Shown here piece after piece: positions 1-9,632 of a stretch of DNA of 34,839 nucleotides; position 1 is the first letter of the stretch, and every line of letters begins with the position of its first letter. The DNA lies in sequence record SRR16203515_3127; one strand, written 5' to 3'. The notes below the pieces were generated by a model, which made no database searches, was not told the origin of the DNA, and saw only the letters and a program-made list of their open reading frames with translations. The translations under genes were made by a program, and so were the position numbers.

Positions 1-2
1 TT

Positions 3-953
3 TTGACTATTATTGTTGGAATGGGTGTTGCTTATTTTGTTTCAAGTAAAGGTTTAAATAATTTATCATCTAATGGGGTTGTCTTTAAAAATTTATCTAA
101 TTCTTATGAAAGTATAGAATCAAGCTATGATTCAGTTCTACTACACAAAGAAAAGGACGTTGAACCAAAAGTGCCAGTAGAAGTTGATTATACAGGAAAG
201 CATAATGTTTTTGTCATAGATTATAAAGGTAGTTTAATGGCAAGTGAGGTTGTTTATCTAAAACAAAAAATTGATGCAATTATATTAAAATCAAATGAAG
301 ATGATGAAGTTGTTATTAAGATTACATCTCCTGGAGGTGCAGTTTCTGGATATGGATTAGTTTCCTCTCAAATAAATCGTTTGAAAACTCATGGAATAAA
401 AGTAACAGCAGTTGTAGATACGGTAGCAGCTTCTGGTGGTTATATGGCAGCAGTTGTTGCTGATGAGATTGTTTCTGCACCTTTTGCAATGGTTGGTTCT
501 ATTGGTGTTGTTGCAAATGTAATGATTTATGAAGAACTTTTATCTAACTTAGGTGTAGAAAGTAGAGTTTATACAGCAGGTGAATCTAAAAGAAGTGTCG
601 TTCCAATGAGAGTACCAACAGAAGAAGAAGAAGCTAAGTTAAAATCTCAATTGGAAAACATCCATAATAGATTTAAAGATCATGTTTTAAGTTATAGACC
701 TGATATTGCTGTGGATAAAGTTTTTACTGGTGAGGCTTTCTTAGCTGTTGATGCTTTAAAGTATGGTTTAGTTGATAAGATTGGGACAAGTGATGAAGTT
801 CTTCTTAATCTTTATAAAGATGGACATAGATTAATAAATGTTGAGTATCATATTAATGATGATTTTTCAACTTCGATGACAAAACAAGTAACACAAGGTG
901 TTATTGAAGCTATTAAAACTGAATTAATGAGTAATGAAGTTATTTATCAATAA
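3..953 (+). CDS. sohB: S49 family peptidase, SohB-like (5' end may lie outside window)
   Basis: N-terminal hydrophobic stretch. Motifs ITSPGGAVSGYGL, VDTVAASGGYM, APFAMVGSIGVVA, TAGESKR and VFTGE typical of SohB/SppA. Confidence 0.88.
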   Translation: MTIIVGMGVAYFVSSKGLNNLSSNGVVFKNLSNSYESIESSYDSVLLHKEKDVEPKVPVEVDYTGKHNVFVIDYKGSLMASEVVYLKQKIDAIILKSNEDDEVVIKITSPGGAVSGYGLVSSQINRLKTHGIKVTAVVDTVAASGGYMAAVVADEIVSAPFAMVGSIGVVANVMIYEELLSNLGVESRVYTAGESKRSVVPMRVPTEEEEAKLKSQLENIHNRFKDHVLSYRPDIAVDKVFTGEAFLAVDALKYGLVDKIGTSDEVLLNLYKDGHRLINVEYHINDDFSTSMTKQVTQGVIEAIKTELMSNEVIYQ

Positions 954-958
954 TATTA

Positions 959-988
959 AAAAAAGCTTTGTTAATTCAAAGCTTTTTT
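959..988. terminator. intrinsic terminator downstream of sohB
   Basis: AAAAAAGCTTTG-TTAATT-CAAAGCTTTTTT. Confidence 0.75.
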
Positions 989-995
989 ATACAAT

Positions 996-1028
996 AAAAA
1001 AAGAGATTCAAATGAATCTCTTTTTTTT
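996..1028. terminator. intrinsic terminator downstream of rnr (convergent pair)
   Basis: AAAAAAAGAGATTCA-AA-TGAATCTCTTTTTTTT. Confidence 0.8.
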
Positions 1029-1032
1029 GTTA

Positions 1033-2961
1033 TTATAAATCTAATGTTAAATAAACTTTATTTGTTTCATTATTTACTTTTAATATTTTAAATGAAACTT
1101 TATCACCTAACTTAAATTCTTTTTTAGTTCGTCTACCTCTAATTTTCCCTTTCTCTTCTAAATAAATAAAATAATCAGGCAAATCAAAATAACTTACTAT
1201 ACCTTCTAATATAAATTGATCAAATTCAACAAATAACATTTTTGGTCGAACATGTGTTATTTTTCCTGTAAAACTTTGTCCTACTTTATCCGCTAAGAAA
1301 TGACATTTTAAAGCATCAAATACTTCATTACTTGCAGAATCTGCTCTACGCTCTGACATTGATATATGAGTTGCTATTTTTGTTAATTTTTCAACATCAT
1401 AGTCATAATAATCATGTTGATAGCCTTTTCCGCTTGATATTCTTTGAACATATTTATCACCTTGATTTGACTTTATCAATGCTTTTATTGCACGATGAAT
1501 AAGTAAATCAGAATAACGTCTTATTGGTGATGTGAAATGAGTATATTCAGAATAAGCTAAACCAAAGTGACCACCATTTTCTACTTTATAACTTGCTCTT
1601 GGCATACTCTTTAACAATGTTGAAGATATAAATTCTTTATCGTCTCGACCTTCTGCAATTTCCAACATCTTTTTAAAGTGATGTGTTTTTGTTTTTTCAC
1701 CACCTCTAATTGTCAATCCTATATTTTGAAGAATTTTTCTTACAGAATCTAATTTTGATTCTTCTGGTTTTTCATGGACTCTATAAACTGCTTTAATATC
1801 CATTTTAGTTAACAATTTAGCAGCAGATATATTCGCGCATAACATTGCTTCTTCAATCATTTTATGAGAGCGTTTTCTTTCATAAAACTGAACATCTTCT
1901 ATTTTATGATTATTATCATCAAATGTTATTTTATTTTCTCTTTTTTCAAACTCTAATGCACCACGTTGAGCTTTTGTTTCTTTTAATATTTCATATAACT
2001 TTTCAAATCTTTTCAAATCTTTATAAACATGAGCAAATTGTTCTATTACAGTTTCATTTTTATCATCTAACATTGCTGAAACTTGATTATAAGTAAGACG
2101 AGCTTTTGAATTAATTACAGCATTCATAAATTTAAATGTTTTTATTGAACCTGTTTTTGATATGTTCATTTTTGCTACTAATGCATATCTATCTTTATTT
2201 GGATTAAGAGAGCATAAACCATTTGAAAGATATTCTGGTAACATTGGAACTACTTCATTAGGAAAATAAACAGAGTTACCTCTTTTCAATGCTTCATTAT
2301 TTAATTCAGTTCCTTCTTTTACGTAATGTGCAACATCGGCTATTGCAACATAAAGAGTCCAACCATAATTTGTAGACTCACATAAAACAGCATCATCAAA
2401 ATCTCTTGAGTCTTCACCATCTATTGTGACAAAATTTAAATCTCTTAGATCAAATCTATCTTCCATAGATATTTCTTCTGTTATTTCATTAATTTCTTTT
2501 TCTATTTCAGTATTGAAAATATGAGGGATTTCATGTTTAAATATTGCAATTTTATTTTCGATTTTTGGAGAGTTTTCTCTTCCTAATATTTCTATAACTG
2601 ATGCTTCTGCTAATTCTTTTTGTTTTGGATATTTTGTGATCTTAAATCTTATAATGTCAGCACCTTTACCATTATAATCTGTTATAATTATCTTCTTATC
2701 ATTTGAAAGTTGAACATAGTTATAAAATCTTCCTTGTAAAACTTTACCTACAAAATCAGATTTTCTTTCTAAAACTTCTAATATAACACCTTCTTTTTTA
2801 TTTTGCTTTTCATGGACTTCAACTTTAACTAACTCTCCATCAAAAACTTTTGATATTTGTAATTTTGATAAGTAAATATCACTTTCTTCTTGTGATATTA
2901 AAAATCCAAAACCTGCTTCTGCTATTGTAACTCTTCCTGTTACCATTTTTTTATTACTCAT
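1033..2961 (-). CDS. rnr: ribonuclease R (short form, 642 aa)
   Basis: Cold-shock-type N-terminus (GFGFL). RNB catalytic motif VTIDGEDSRDFDDA, plus PMLPEYLSNGLCSLNP and YTHFTSPIRRYSDL. C-terminal S1 domain. Confidence 0.92.
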   Translation of the reverse strand: MSNKKMVTGRVTIAEAGFGFLISQEESDIYLSKLQISKVFDGELVKVEVHEKQNKKEGVILEVLERKSDFVGKVLQGRFYNYVQLSNDKKIIITDYNGKGADIIRFKITKYPKQKELAEASVIEILGRENSPKIENKIAIFKHEIPHIFNTEIEKEINEITEEISMEDRFDLRDLNFVTIDGEDSRDFDDAVLCESTNYGWTLYVAIADVAHYVKEGTELNNEALKRGNSVYFPNEVVPMLPEYLSNGLCSLNPNKDRYALVAKMNISKTGSIKTFKFMNAVINSKARLTYNQVSAMLDDKNETVIEQFAHVYKDLKRFEKLYEILKETKAQRGALEFEKRENKITFDDNNHKIEDVQFYERKRSHKMIEEAMLCANISAAKLLTKMDIKAVYRVHEKPEESKLDSVRKILQNIGLTIRGGEKTKTHHFKKMLEIAEGRDDKEFISSTLLKSMPRASYKVENGGHFGLAYSEYTHFTSPIRRYSDLLIHRAIKALIKSNQGDKYVQRISSGKGYQHDYYDYDVEKLTKIATHISMSERRADSASNEVFDALKCHFLADKVGQSFTGKITHVRPKMLFVEFDQFILEGIVSYFDLPDYFIYLEEKGKIRGRRTKKEFKLGDKVSFKILKVNNETNKVYLTLDL

Positions 2962-3791
2962 TCTCTTTCCTCTTTAAAGTAAACGGAATTAACAAGAATA
3001 TTTTTATAATTTTCTATTGCATCAATGTTCTTTTCATTAAATGATTTAAAATTAATTATAAAAAATTCACTGTCAGACCTTAAAATGTAATCTCTATTGT
3101 AATCTGTATTTGTAAAATATTCAACAGCTACAGCTACTTTATTTTTATATTTAGTATTTTTTGTTTTTAATTCTCTTAAATTATAAGAATATCTCTTTTT
3201 TAGTAATGTTGAATATTGATTTTCATCTTCAATATTTACTTTGAATATTTTAATATGGCTGTTTTTATCTTTAAAATTAACAGATTTATTAGGATTATCA
3301 ATTATAAAACCAAATTCAAAAGCATTTTTTAGTATTATTGAATTATTTATTTCATAATTATCTCCATTTTCTTGAACATCTATTTCCATTATTTTATTAT
3401 TTAAAATAGTTTGTCTTTGATATTCACTATAATTGTTAGATGCAGAAAACATTAAGATTCCAGAAAATATAAAAATAAATATTCCTAAAGTCTTTTTAGT
3501 TTTGATAACAGAATCAGAATCATCAGGATTAAAAGCTCTAAAAAAAAGAGCTATTATAAAAAAAAGAATAAAAAATGTAAAATTGAAATAAAATCCTTTT
3601 TTTAATTCTATTAATTCTATATTATTAAACTCATAATATGGAATTTGGAAAGGTTTTTCTAAAATAAATTGAAGAACGAAGAAAATGAATTCAATTATAT
3701 AATTGAATCCAAATGTAAAATATTCATTACCAAAAATAAATAATAATATAAAATAAATTAAAAAAGATGCACCTGATAAAATATAAGCCAT
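2958..3791 (-). CDS. hypothetical membrane protein (about 3 N-terminal TM segments plus soluble domain)
   Basis: Phe/Ile-rich hydrophobic segments. The TGA stop overlaps the rnr ATG (ATGA overlap). Confidence 0.7.
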   Translation of the reverse strand: MAYILSGASFLIYFILLFIFGNEYFTFGFNYIIEFIFFVLQFILEKPFQIPYYEFNNIELIELKKGFYFNFTFFILFFIIALFFRAFNPDDSDSVIKTKKTLGIFIFIFSGILMFSASNNYSEYQRQTILNNKIMEIDVQENGDNYEINNSIILKNAFEFGFIIDNPNKSVNFKDKNSHIKIFKVNIEDENQYSTLLKKRYSYNLRELKTKNTKYKNKVAVAVEYFTNTDYNRDYILRSDSEFFIINFKSFNEKNIDAIENYKNILVNSVYFKEERE

Positions 3792-3795
3792 TTAT

Positions 3796-4122
3796 TTATT
3801 CCTTTATATGAGGTTTTATTTTTAATATTTTTCTTGATGATATTTCAACTGTTTTACCTCTAATTGAAACAGAAAAAAAATCACTTGTATTTGGTTTCTT
3901 TACATACTCTAAGAAATCTAAATAAGCTTTTTTATAATCATCTATTTTAGCGATTCTTAATTCTTCACCCATTATTCTTCGATCAACTAAAGCTTTAAAT
4001 TTTTTATATTTAATAGGATCTGTCATGACAACAGATCCATCTACTAAATATATCTCCAATATAATTTCTTTAAATGGTTTTTTCTTAAACATTAAAAAAA
4101 AATCTTTGAAAATTTTAAGCAT
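3796..4122 (-). CDS. hypothetical protein (start re-assigned to ATG 4122, MLKIFKDFF)
   Basis: AAAGG Shine-Dalgarno (SD) upstream of 4122. Start overlaps the dsbB stop. Confidence 0.65.
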   Translation of the reverse strand: MLKIFKDFFLMFKKKPFKEIILEIYLVDGSVVMTDPIKYKKFKALVDRRIMGEELRIAKIDDYKKAYLDFLEYVKKPNTSDFFSVSIRGKTVEISSRKILKIKPHIKE

Positions 4123-4663
4123 TTTTATTACCTTTAAATGTTTGAAAAAGAGACACTGAACCATAAAACAAACCTGTAATTAGAAAACATGTGAAAAATA
4201 ATGTATTCCAGTGATGCATTTCAAGACCCAAAAACATCCAATCAATCTCTGTACAAATACCTTTTGCAACAAATAATTTTGTTAATAATTCTGATTCTAA
4301 TATAAATGGAAATGTTGCTTCAAGTCCTTGTCCACATTGCGATAGATAAAATGGATTTATTCTTGATTGATAAGTTTCATACCATTGAAAAGCACTTGCC
4401 CATAATCCATATGAGGCACTTATAATCCACAATAAATAAGCAAATGTTTTTGCAATTTTATTATGTAATTTAAATATTAATGGTATTATTGCGGCAAAAA
4501 ATATACCAATTGTTCCAATTCTTTGATAAATGCATAAAACACAAGGTTCAATTTTTAAACCATGTTGGAAAAACAATGCTGAACACATTAAAAACACTGG
4601 TATCATTGCTAAAATAATCCAAGCCCATTTACTATCTTTAAAATCTATAAGTTTTTTAAACAT
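4115..4663 (-). CDS. dsbB: disulfide bond formation protein B
   Basis: EPCVLCIYQR motif, four TM segments, second Cys pair (SQC...GIC) in the large periplasmic loop. AAGGAG SD. Confidence 0.93.
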   Translation of the reverse strand: MFKKLIDFKDSKWAWIILAMIPVFLMCSALFFQHGLKIEPCVLCIYQRIGTIGIFFAAIIPLIFKLHNKIAKTFAYLLWIISASYGLWASAFQWYETYQSRINPFYLSQCGQGLEATFPFILESELLTKLFVAKGICTEIDWMFLGLEMHHWNTLFFTCFLITGLFYGSVSLFQTFKGNKNA

Positions 4664-4722
4664 TAAATACTCCTTTTTTGTTATTTAAATAATAACAAAT
4701 AAAAATATTTAATCAATAAAAT

Positions 4723-4755
4723 AAAAAAAAGAAGATTATGAAATCTTCTTTTTTT
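4723..4755 (-). terminator. intrinsic terminator after pilin gene
   Basis: AAAAAAAGAAGATT-ATGA-AATCTTCTTTTTTT. Confidence 0.75.
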
Positions 4756-4776
4756 GTTTTAATAAAAATCAATCTA

Positions 4777-5343
4777 TTAATTAGTTGCACAACATACAAC
4801 AGAGCTTGGCATAACTTCATTACACTGAGGTATGAAATCTGCTGTTATATCTTGAAGTTCATCTGCATCTTGTTCAGCAGAAACATCAGCTTTAGATAAA
4901 TCAGGGTTACTACCATTGTTTGAATTGTAATCTGTTACACCTGTAAAGTTCATGTTGATGTTTGCAGTTTCACATTCTAACAAAGGAACTGTTTTAACTA
5001 ATGCTTCTACATCACCTGTTCCACCATTGTCAACGATAATTGCGATTGCCCATTTCTCATTACCTGATGAAGCAGGAGCAGCAGATAGATAATCAAAATC
5101 AATTAACTCTTGTAAAGGTTCATCACAACTTGCGTCAGCTTGATCACAAATTGTTGGCGGTCTACCTTCTTCAATATTAAATGCAAGAATTGCACCTTCT
5201 ATTTGTTCTGACTCATTTATGATTTGAGCAGCACCCGCTTCTATTTTTTGGTCTTGGTACGCATCTGTACCATAATAAATTGTTGCTATTGCTAATACGC
5301 CTACCAGAGCGATAGCAATTATTGAAATTACTAAACTAAACAT
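4777..5343 (-). CDS. type IV pilin-like protein, probable major pilin (start re-assigned to ATG 5343, MFSLVISIIAIAL; 188 aa)
   Basis: AAGGA SD upstream of 5343. Hydrophobic alpha1-N followed by an amphipathic helix (AAQIINESEQIEGAILAFNIEEGRPP) and C-terminal cysteines. Divergent from the secretin/ATPase operon with its own terminator. Confidence 0.72.
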   Translation of the reverse strand: MFSLVISIIAIALVGVLAIATIYYGTDAYQDQKIEAGAAQIINESEQIEGAILAFNIEEGRPPTICDQADASCDEPLQELIDFDYLSAAPASSGNEKWAIAIIVDNGGTGDVEALVKTVPLLECETANINMNFTGVTDYNSNNGSNPDLSKADVSAEQDADELQDITADFIPQCNEVMPSSVVCCATN

Positions 5344-5594
5344 ATAAATATCCTTTTTTTCTTGTCCATTATTATTAAAAAATGCAATTATAGTGATGAA
5401 CATTTGATCAATACTATAATGCTATAATAATTTATATCATGCTTTTTTCATAATGCAAATAGTTGTAACCCTTTTTTATTCCTAAAAAACAAATGAAGCC
5501 TTTAAATCATAATTAAATATAATTGTTTTATTCTTTACATTTAAAAAAAATAGATTAATCTATAAAAAAGATAAACGAATAAAAGGATTTTAAT

Positions 5595-6191
5595 ATGAAT
5601 AAAATTAATTTTTTGTGTATTTGCATAGGCTTTTCAAGTCTTAATGCATATGCAGGAAATGACTTATTTCAGCCAAAGAAAGAGGGTGTTTCAGAAAAAG
5701 AGTTGGATTTAATTGTTCAGAAAAAGTTGGGAGAACAGAAAGTCGAGTTAGAAAATAGATTTCAAAGTCAAATTGATAACATTAGACAAAATATGAGCAG
5801 TAACCAAAGCCAACAGATACAGGATATATTAACAAGATTAGATTCATTACAAGCAGAAAATGACGCATTAAAGAATACAGTTAGCAATTCAAGTAATTCT
5901 TATTCAGGTGGAGCTAATGATAGTGTTATAACAGTTCCTTCTGGATATACTAAAACAGAATTAGAAGAAGAATTAGGTAATATTTTAGTTGAAGCACCAG
6001 TAGAAGAGGATACTTTTATATTGGCTGAAGACATTATAAGATTAAATAAAGAATTTGGTGAAAGTTCATTAACCTTTGTTGGAATTATAGATAATCACAA
6101 AATGTATAAAAATGGAAGTGGTGAATATATAGTTAAAGGAATTGATTTTGAATATGATGGAAGTCAACAAATTATTGAAGATGATGAATAA
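5595..6191 (+). CDS. exported coiled-coil protein, first gene of pilus operon (possibly PilP-like)
   Basis: Signal peptide ending NAYA, Q/N-rich coiled coil, small C-terminal beta-rich domain. AAGGA SD. PilP-like call is from position only. Confidence 0.6.
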   Translation: MNKINFLCICIGFSSLNAYAGNDLFQPKKEGVSEKELDLIVQKKLGEQKVELENRFQSQIDNIRQNMSSNQSQQIQDILTRLDSLQAENDALKNTVSNSSNSYSGGANDSVITVPSGYTKTELEEELGNILVEAPVEEDTFILAEDIIRLNKEFGESSLTFVGIIDNHKMYKNGSGEYIVKGIDFEYDGSQQIIEDDE

Positions 6192-6207
6192 TAGGGAGTT
6201 AGTTTAA

Positions 6208-7662
6208 ATGAATTTTAAAAAGTCAATGTTGACTATAAGTATATTAGGGTCAATGATTCTTACAGGATGTACAGGTGTATCAATACCAGATGCAGAACAA
6301 TACAATGAAAAACAAATAATACAACCTGCTATGGATAAAGCTGAAAAATCAGAACCTGCTTTAACTAAAATCAGATCGCAAAATTTCACTATATATAGAC
6401 CAGAAAATTTACCTGATATTTTAAGGGATAGAGAAGTAAAATTAAATTTATCAAAAAATGCAACCGTTGCTGATTTAGCAATGGCTTTAAATTTATTAGG
6501 TCTTAGTACAGTAGTAGCAGATACAGAAGACGGAAACATTTCAGATAAATCAATATCTGTTCGTAACTATAATGGTAAATTAGGTAGTTTACTTGATGTA
6601 CTAAGCTCTGTTTATGACATTTCATTTAATTATGAAAAAGGTGGAATATTAACAATTGAAGATCAGTCTGTTTATATTATTAATATTATTCAAAATGAAG
6701 ATATTATCGAAGATGTTTCATCAACTCTTGGTAGATTAGGTGCAAATGAAATTGAGTATTCATTAGTTGGTGGTAACTTAATTTATAAAGCATCTCCAAA
6801 AGCTCATGAAAAAGTTAAAAGATATATCGAATTCTATTCAAAAAATGCTGCAGTTATTGGCTTACAAGTTTCAGTTGTAACTGTTCAATTAGATAAGAAA
6901 AGTAATAAAGGTTTTGATTGGTCTACTTTAAATGTAGTAGCAGGAGACCCTGGTGTATGGGATGAAGCAGTAGCTCCAGGAGATGGAGATAATCCTGTAA
7001 CGGCTGCAACATCTGCAATAGCAGAAGGTTTAGGTTTAAAAGCAGGTGGTACAGGTCTTGGTTTAAAATATGTTAATGGTAACTTTAATTTTGAAGGTGT
7101 TATTAATTATTTAAGTACATACGGAAAAACAGAAGCAAATCAATCAACATTAATGAAAATTATTTCAGGTAAAGAGGTTTCTCTTATCTCAACTCAATCA
7201 ATTCCTTATGTAGAAGAAGTTGAGTTAACATTAGATGACGATGATGATTCAGAAGGAATTACTACATCAAGTGTTGATGTTGGTCTTGATTTGACAATTA
7301 CTCCATATTTTGACTCTAAAACAAATATGGTTACAGTTGATTTAAATCTTGATTTAAGTTCTCTTCTTGCAATGACAGAAGTTTCAAGTGGTAATACTAA
7401 AATAACACAACCACAAACTCAAAATCAAACATTCACAAATTTAATGAAATTAAAAGCAGGTGAATCAAGTGTTATCGGTGGTATCATGTATGATACACTT
7501 TCTGATAATAGAACTGGTATTTCTTACTTAGAAGAAATGGATATAGCGAGCCAAAGTAAACAGTTAACTAAAAATGCGGTATTTATTATACTTCGTCCAA
7601 CTGTAACATTATTTGGTGATTTTGAAAAAGAAAAAGAAGTTATTCAAAAAATTGTAGATTAA
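6208..7662 (+). CDS. lipoprotein secretin, PilN/BfpB-like type IVb pilus outer-membrane channel
   Basis: Lipobox ILTG-C. Secretin-domain motifs GFDWS, YLSTYGKT, VDVGLDLTITPY, LKAGESSVIGG and FIILRPTV. Confidence 0.85.
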   Translation: MNFKKSMLTISILGSMILTGCTGVSIPDAEQYNEKQIIQPAMDKAEKSEPALTKIRSQNFTIYRPENLPDILRDREVKLNLSKNATVADLAMALNLLGLSTVVADTEDGNISDKSISVRNYNGKLGSLLDVLSSVYDISFNYEKGGILTIEDQSVYIINIIQNEDIIEDVSSTLGRLGANEIEYSLVGGNLIYKASPKAHEKVKRYIEFYSKNAAVIGLQVSVVTVQLDKKSNKGFDWSTLNVVAGDPGVWDEAVAPGDGDNPVTAATSAIAEGLGLKAGGTGLGLKYVNGNFNFEGVINYLSTYGKTEANQSTLMKIISGKEVSLISTQSIPYVEEVELTLDDDDDSEGITTSSVDVGLDLTITPYFDSKTNMVTVDLNLDLSSLLAMTEVSSGNTKITQPQTQNQTFTNLMKLKAGESSVIGGIMYDTLSDNRTGISYLEEMDIASQSKQLTKNAVFIILRPTVTLFGDFEKEKEVIQKIVD

Positions 7663-7675
7663 TAAGGTTGGTAAA

Positions 7676-8905
7676 ATGAGTTTATTTAATAAAGATAAAA
7701 AGCCGACTTTAAAAAAGAAATCGGCAAAAAATTCAAAAACAAGTGCAAATGCGATGTTATCTAAGTATTTGCCAACTTCTTTATTTATAGGTATTAAGGA
7801 TGACGTAAATAAAAAGACATTGGAAAGTTATATAACTTCATTGTCTCAAAGTTTATTTGCAAATTCAAAAGAAGGTAAATACTCAATAAAGAAATTAAGT
7901 AAAGATAAATATATTTATGAAATACATAATGGTTCAAATGATTTAACATATTTACCATTAGTTATTTCTAAATTAATTGATGGCAATGAAAAAGAAATTA
8001 TTTTAAAAACGAGTGGGCAGAACGTTCGAGTTGTTAAGAAAACGGCAACCAAAATCGAAACCAACACTTTAATTGAAAGTAATAATAGAGATGATGATGC
8101 TATAATCGATTATGATACAAAAGGTAAAATGGTTGATTTGGTAAAACCTGGAACTGAGTTCTTTTTGGCAGCAAGTCTATTTGCAGGATTTACTGGTTTA
8201 GTTGCTTCTTTCTCATTTTTAACTAAATATTATATGTTAAATGCAGATTATAGTTATAATCCAGAAATTCCATCTCATTTAACTGCCATAGAATTTTTAA
8301 ATAGCATAAACAAAGAAGAACATACACAAACATCTTTTTTGAAACATGTTAAATTTGAAAAAGGAAAATGGGAATATGAGTTTGAAACAATTGAAGCTCC
8401 TAATAAAATATTAACAGAAGAAGAGTTATCTTCTGGTATGGTAAATCTACCAGAAAGCGATAAGCAATATGATGTTGTAAATGCACATTCTAATTTTGAT
8501 AATATGGTTAAAAATAATCAATCAAGTAATAATAATATTGAAAATAATATAGATGAATCAAATATTTCTCATTCTAATATAATTCAAGGTAATATATCAG
8601 AATTTGATGACATTCAGAATACTTTAAATATTTCAAATGATGAATTGTTGAACAATGAAAATGTTGTAAATGAAGTGTCAGTTATTGAAAGTGTTGTATC
8701 AAAAGATTCTAACATGAATGATGAGAATCTAAATATAGATAATGAAGTTAATTCGACTATACAAGAGACTAAACAAGTTAATGATGTTAATCATGTTAAT
8801 GAAGTTAATGATGTTAGTGAAGTTGATGAGTTTGAAATATTAAGTGTAGAAGATGTAAATGGATTAGACATTTCAAATTTACCAGATAATGTCGTTGTAG
8901 AATAA
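7676..8905 (+). CDS. bitopic membrane protein, PilO-like position, with low-complexity acidic C-terminus
   Basis: Cytoplasmic N-domain, one TM (FFLAASLFAGFTGLVASFSFL), N/E/V/D-rich tail. Directly follows the secretin. Confidence 0.55.
   Translation: MSLFNKDKKPTLKKKSAKNSKTSANAMLSKYLPTSLFIGIKDDVNKKTLESYITSLSQSLFANSKEGKYSIKKLSKDKYIYEIHNGSNDLTYLPLVISKLIDGNEKEIILKTSGQNVRVVKKTATKIETNTLIESNNRDDDAIIDYDTKGKMVDLVKPGTEFFLAASLFAGFTGLVASFSFLTKYYMLNADYSYNPEIPSHLTAIEFLNSINKEEHTQTSFLKHVKFEKGKWEYEFETIEAPNKILTEEELSSGMVNLPESDKQYDVVNAHSNFDNMVKNNQSSNNNIENNIDESNISHSNIIQGNISEFDDIQNTLNISNDELLNNENVVNEVSVIESVVSKDSNMNDENLNIDNEVNSTIQETKQVNDVNHVNEVNDVSEVDEFEILSVEDVNGLDISNLPDNVVVE
8777..8830 (+). repeat. six imperfect 9-bp tandem repeats (GTTAATGAW) encoding VND-VNH-VNE-VND-VSE-VDE
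   Basis: gttaatgat gttaatcat gttaatgaa gttaatgat gttagtgaa gttgatgag. Confidence 0.8.
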
Positions 8906-8917
8906 GGAAAATAGATA

Positions 8918-9295
8918 ATGTTAAGATTGTTAAATAAAAAAATAATGATGGCTGTAAGTACATTACTTTTAATTTTAGGTGGATTCTTTTGTATTGTTAT
9001 ATTCTACAATTTATTTAATGCACCAGAAGATTTAGTTGAAAGTTCAAATATTTATAACGAAATATTAGATGATTGTAAGGATAAAGCGGAATCATTAGGT
9101 TTTAAAAATGTTGTTGCACGAAATTCAATTTTAAAAATCACAGAAGATGTTGTAGATGAACCAATGGAACTTGCAACAAAAACATCAATGTTACAAAATT
9201 ATTGTAAAAAAATAGAATTGTATAAATATTGTTTAGGTGATGATTGTGGAAGTGGCAAACAATTTAGAATGACATTCAAAATAATGGATGAATAA
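8918..9295 (+). CDS. small membrane-anchored Cys-containing pilus-cluster protein
   Basis: N-terminal TM and four Cys in the exported part. AAGGA SD. Confidence 0.65.
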   Translation: MLRLLNKKIMMAVSTLLLILGGFFCIVIFYNLFNAPEDLVESSNIYNEILDDCKDKAESLGFKNVVARNSILKITEDVVDEPMELATKTSMLQNYCKKIELYKYCLGDDCGSGKQFRMTFKIMDE

Positions 9296-9300
9296 AAAGA

Positions 9301-9329
9301 AAAATAAGAGCTGTTGCTCTTATTTTTTT
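9301..9329 (+). terminator. intrinsic terminator inside pilus cluster
   Basis: AAAATAAGAGC-TGTT-GCTCTTATTTTTTT. Confidence 0.7.
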
Positions 9330-9355
9330 GACTAAAACAAAAAAGTCGGTAGACT
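9328..9355 (+). promoter_or_regulatory. putative sigma70 promoter for second half of pilus cluster
   Basis: TTGACT-16 bp-TAGACT immediately after the terminator. Confidence 0.5.
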
Positions 9356-9393
9356 TATAATAAAGGTTTTAATAATAAAAAAGGAGATTTAGT

Positions 9394-9606
9394 ATGATAA
9401 ATACTATTAATAAATTAACAAAATTTGTTAATTCAAAAACAATGGTTGTTTTAGATTTTTTAGGAGCATTTGCCGTATTAGGATATGCAGCTTATTTATA
9501 TTCAAATGGGGATGATTATAAATTGTGGGCTGGAATAGGATGTGTTGCATTAATAATGGCAATTCTTAAACCTGCCAAACATCTTACAAAAAAGATAAAC
9601 AAATAA
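9394..9606 (+). CDS. small two-TM membrane protein
   Basis: Two hydrophobic segments. Strong AAGGAG SD. Confidence 0.7.
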   Translation: MINTINKLTKFVNSKTMVVLDFLGAFAVLGYAAYLYSNGDDYKLWAGIGCVALIMAILKPAKHLTKKINK

Positions 9607-9632
9607 ACGAATAAAGATAAAAAGGATTTTAA

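Noticed and set aside
5344-5403. N-terminal extension of the pilin as a type IVb leader peptide
   Set aside because: No Gly before the hydrophobic segment, and the extension contains the SD for ATG 5343.
5550-5563. 14-bp palindrome ATAGATTAATCTAT upstream of the pilus operon as an operator
   Set aside because: Short AT-rich palindromes are expected by chance at this composition, and no second full copy was seen.
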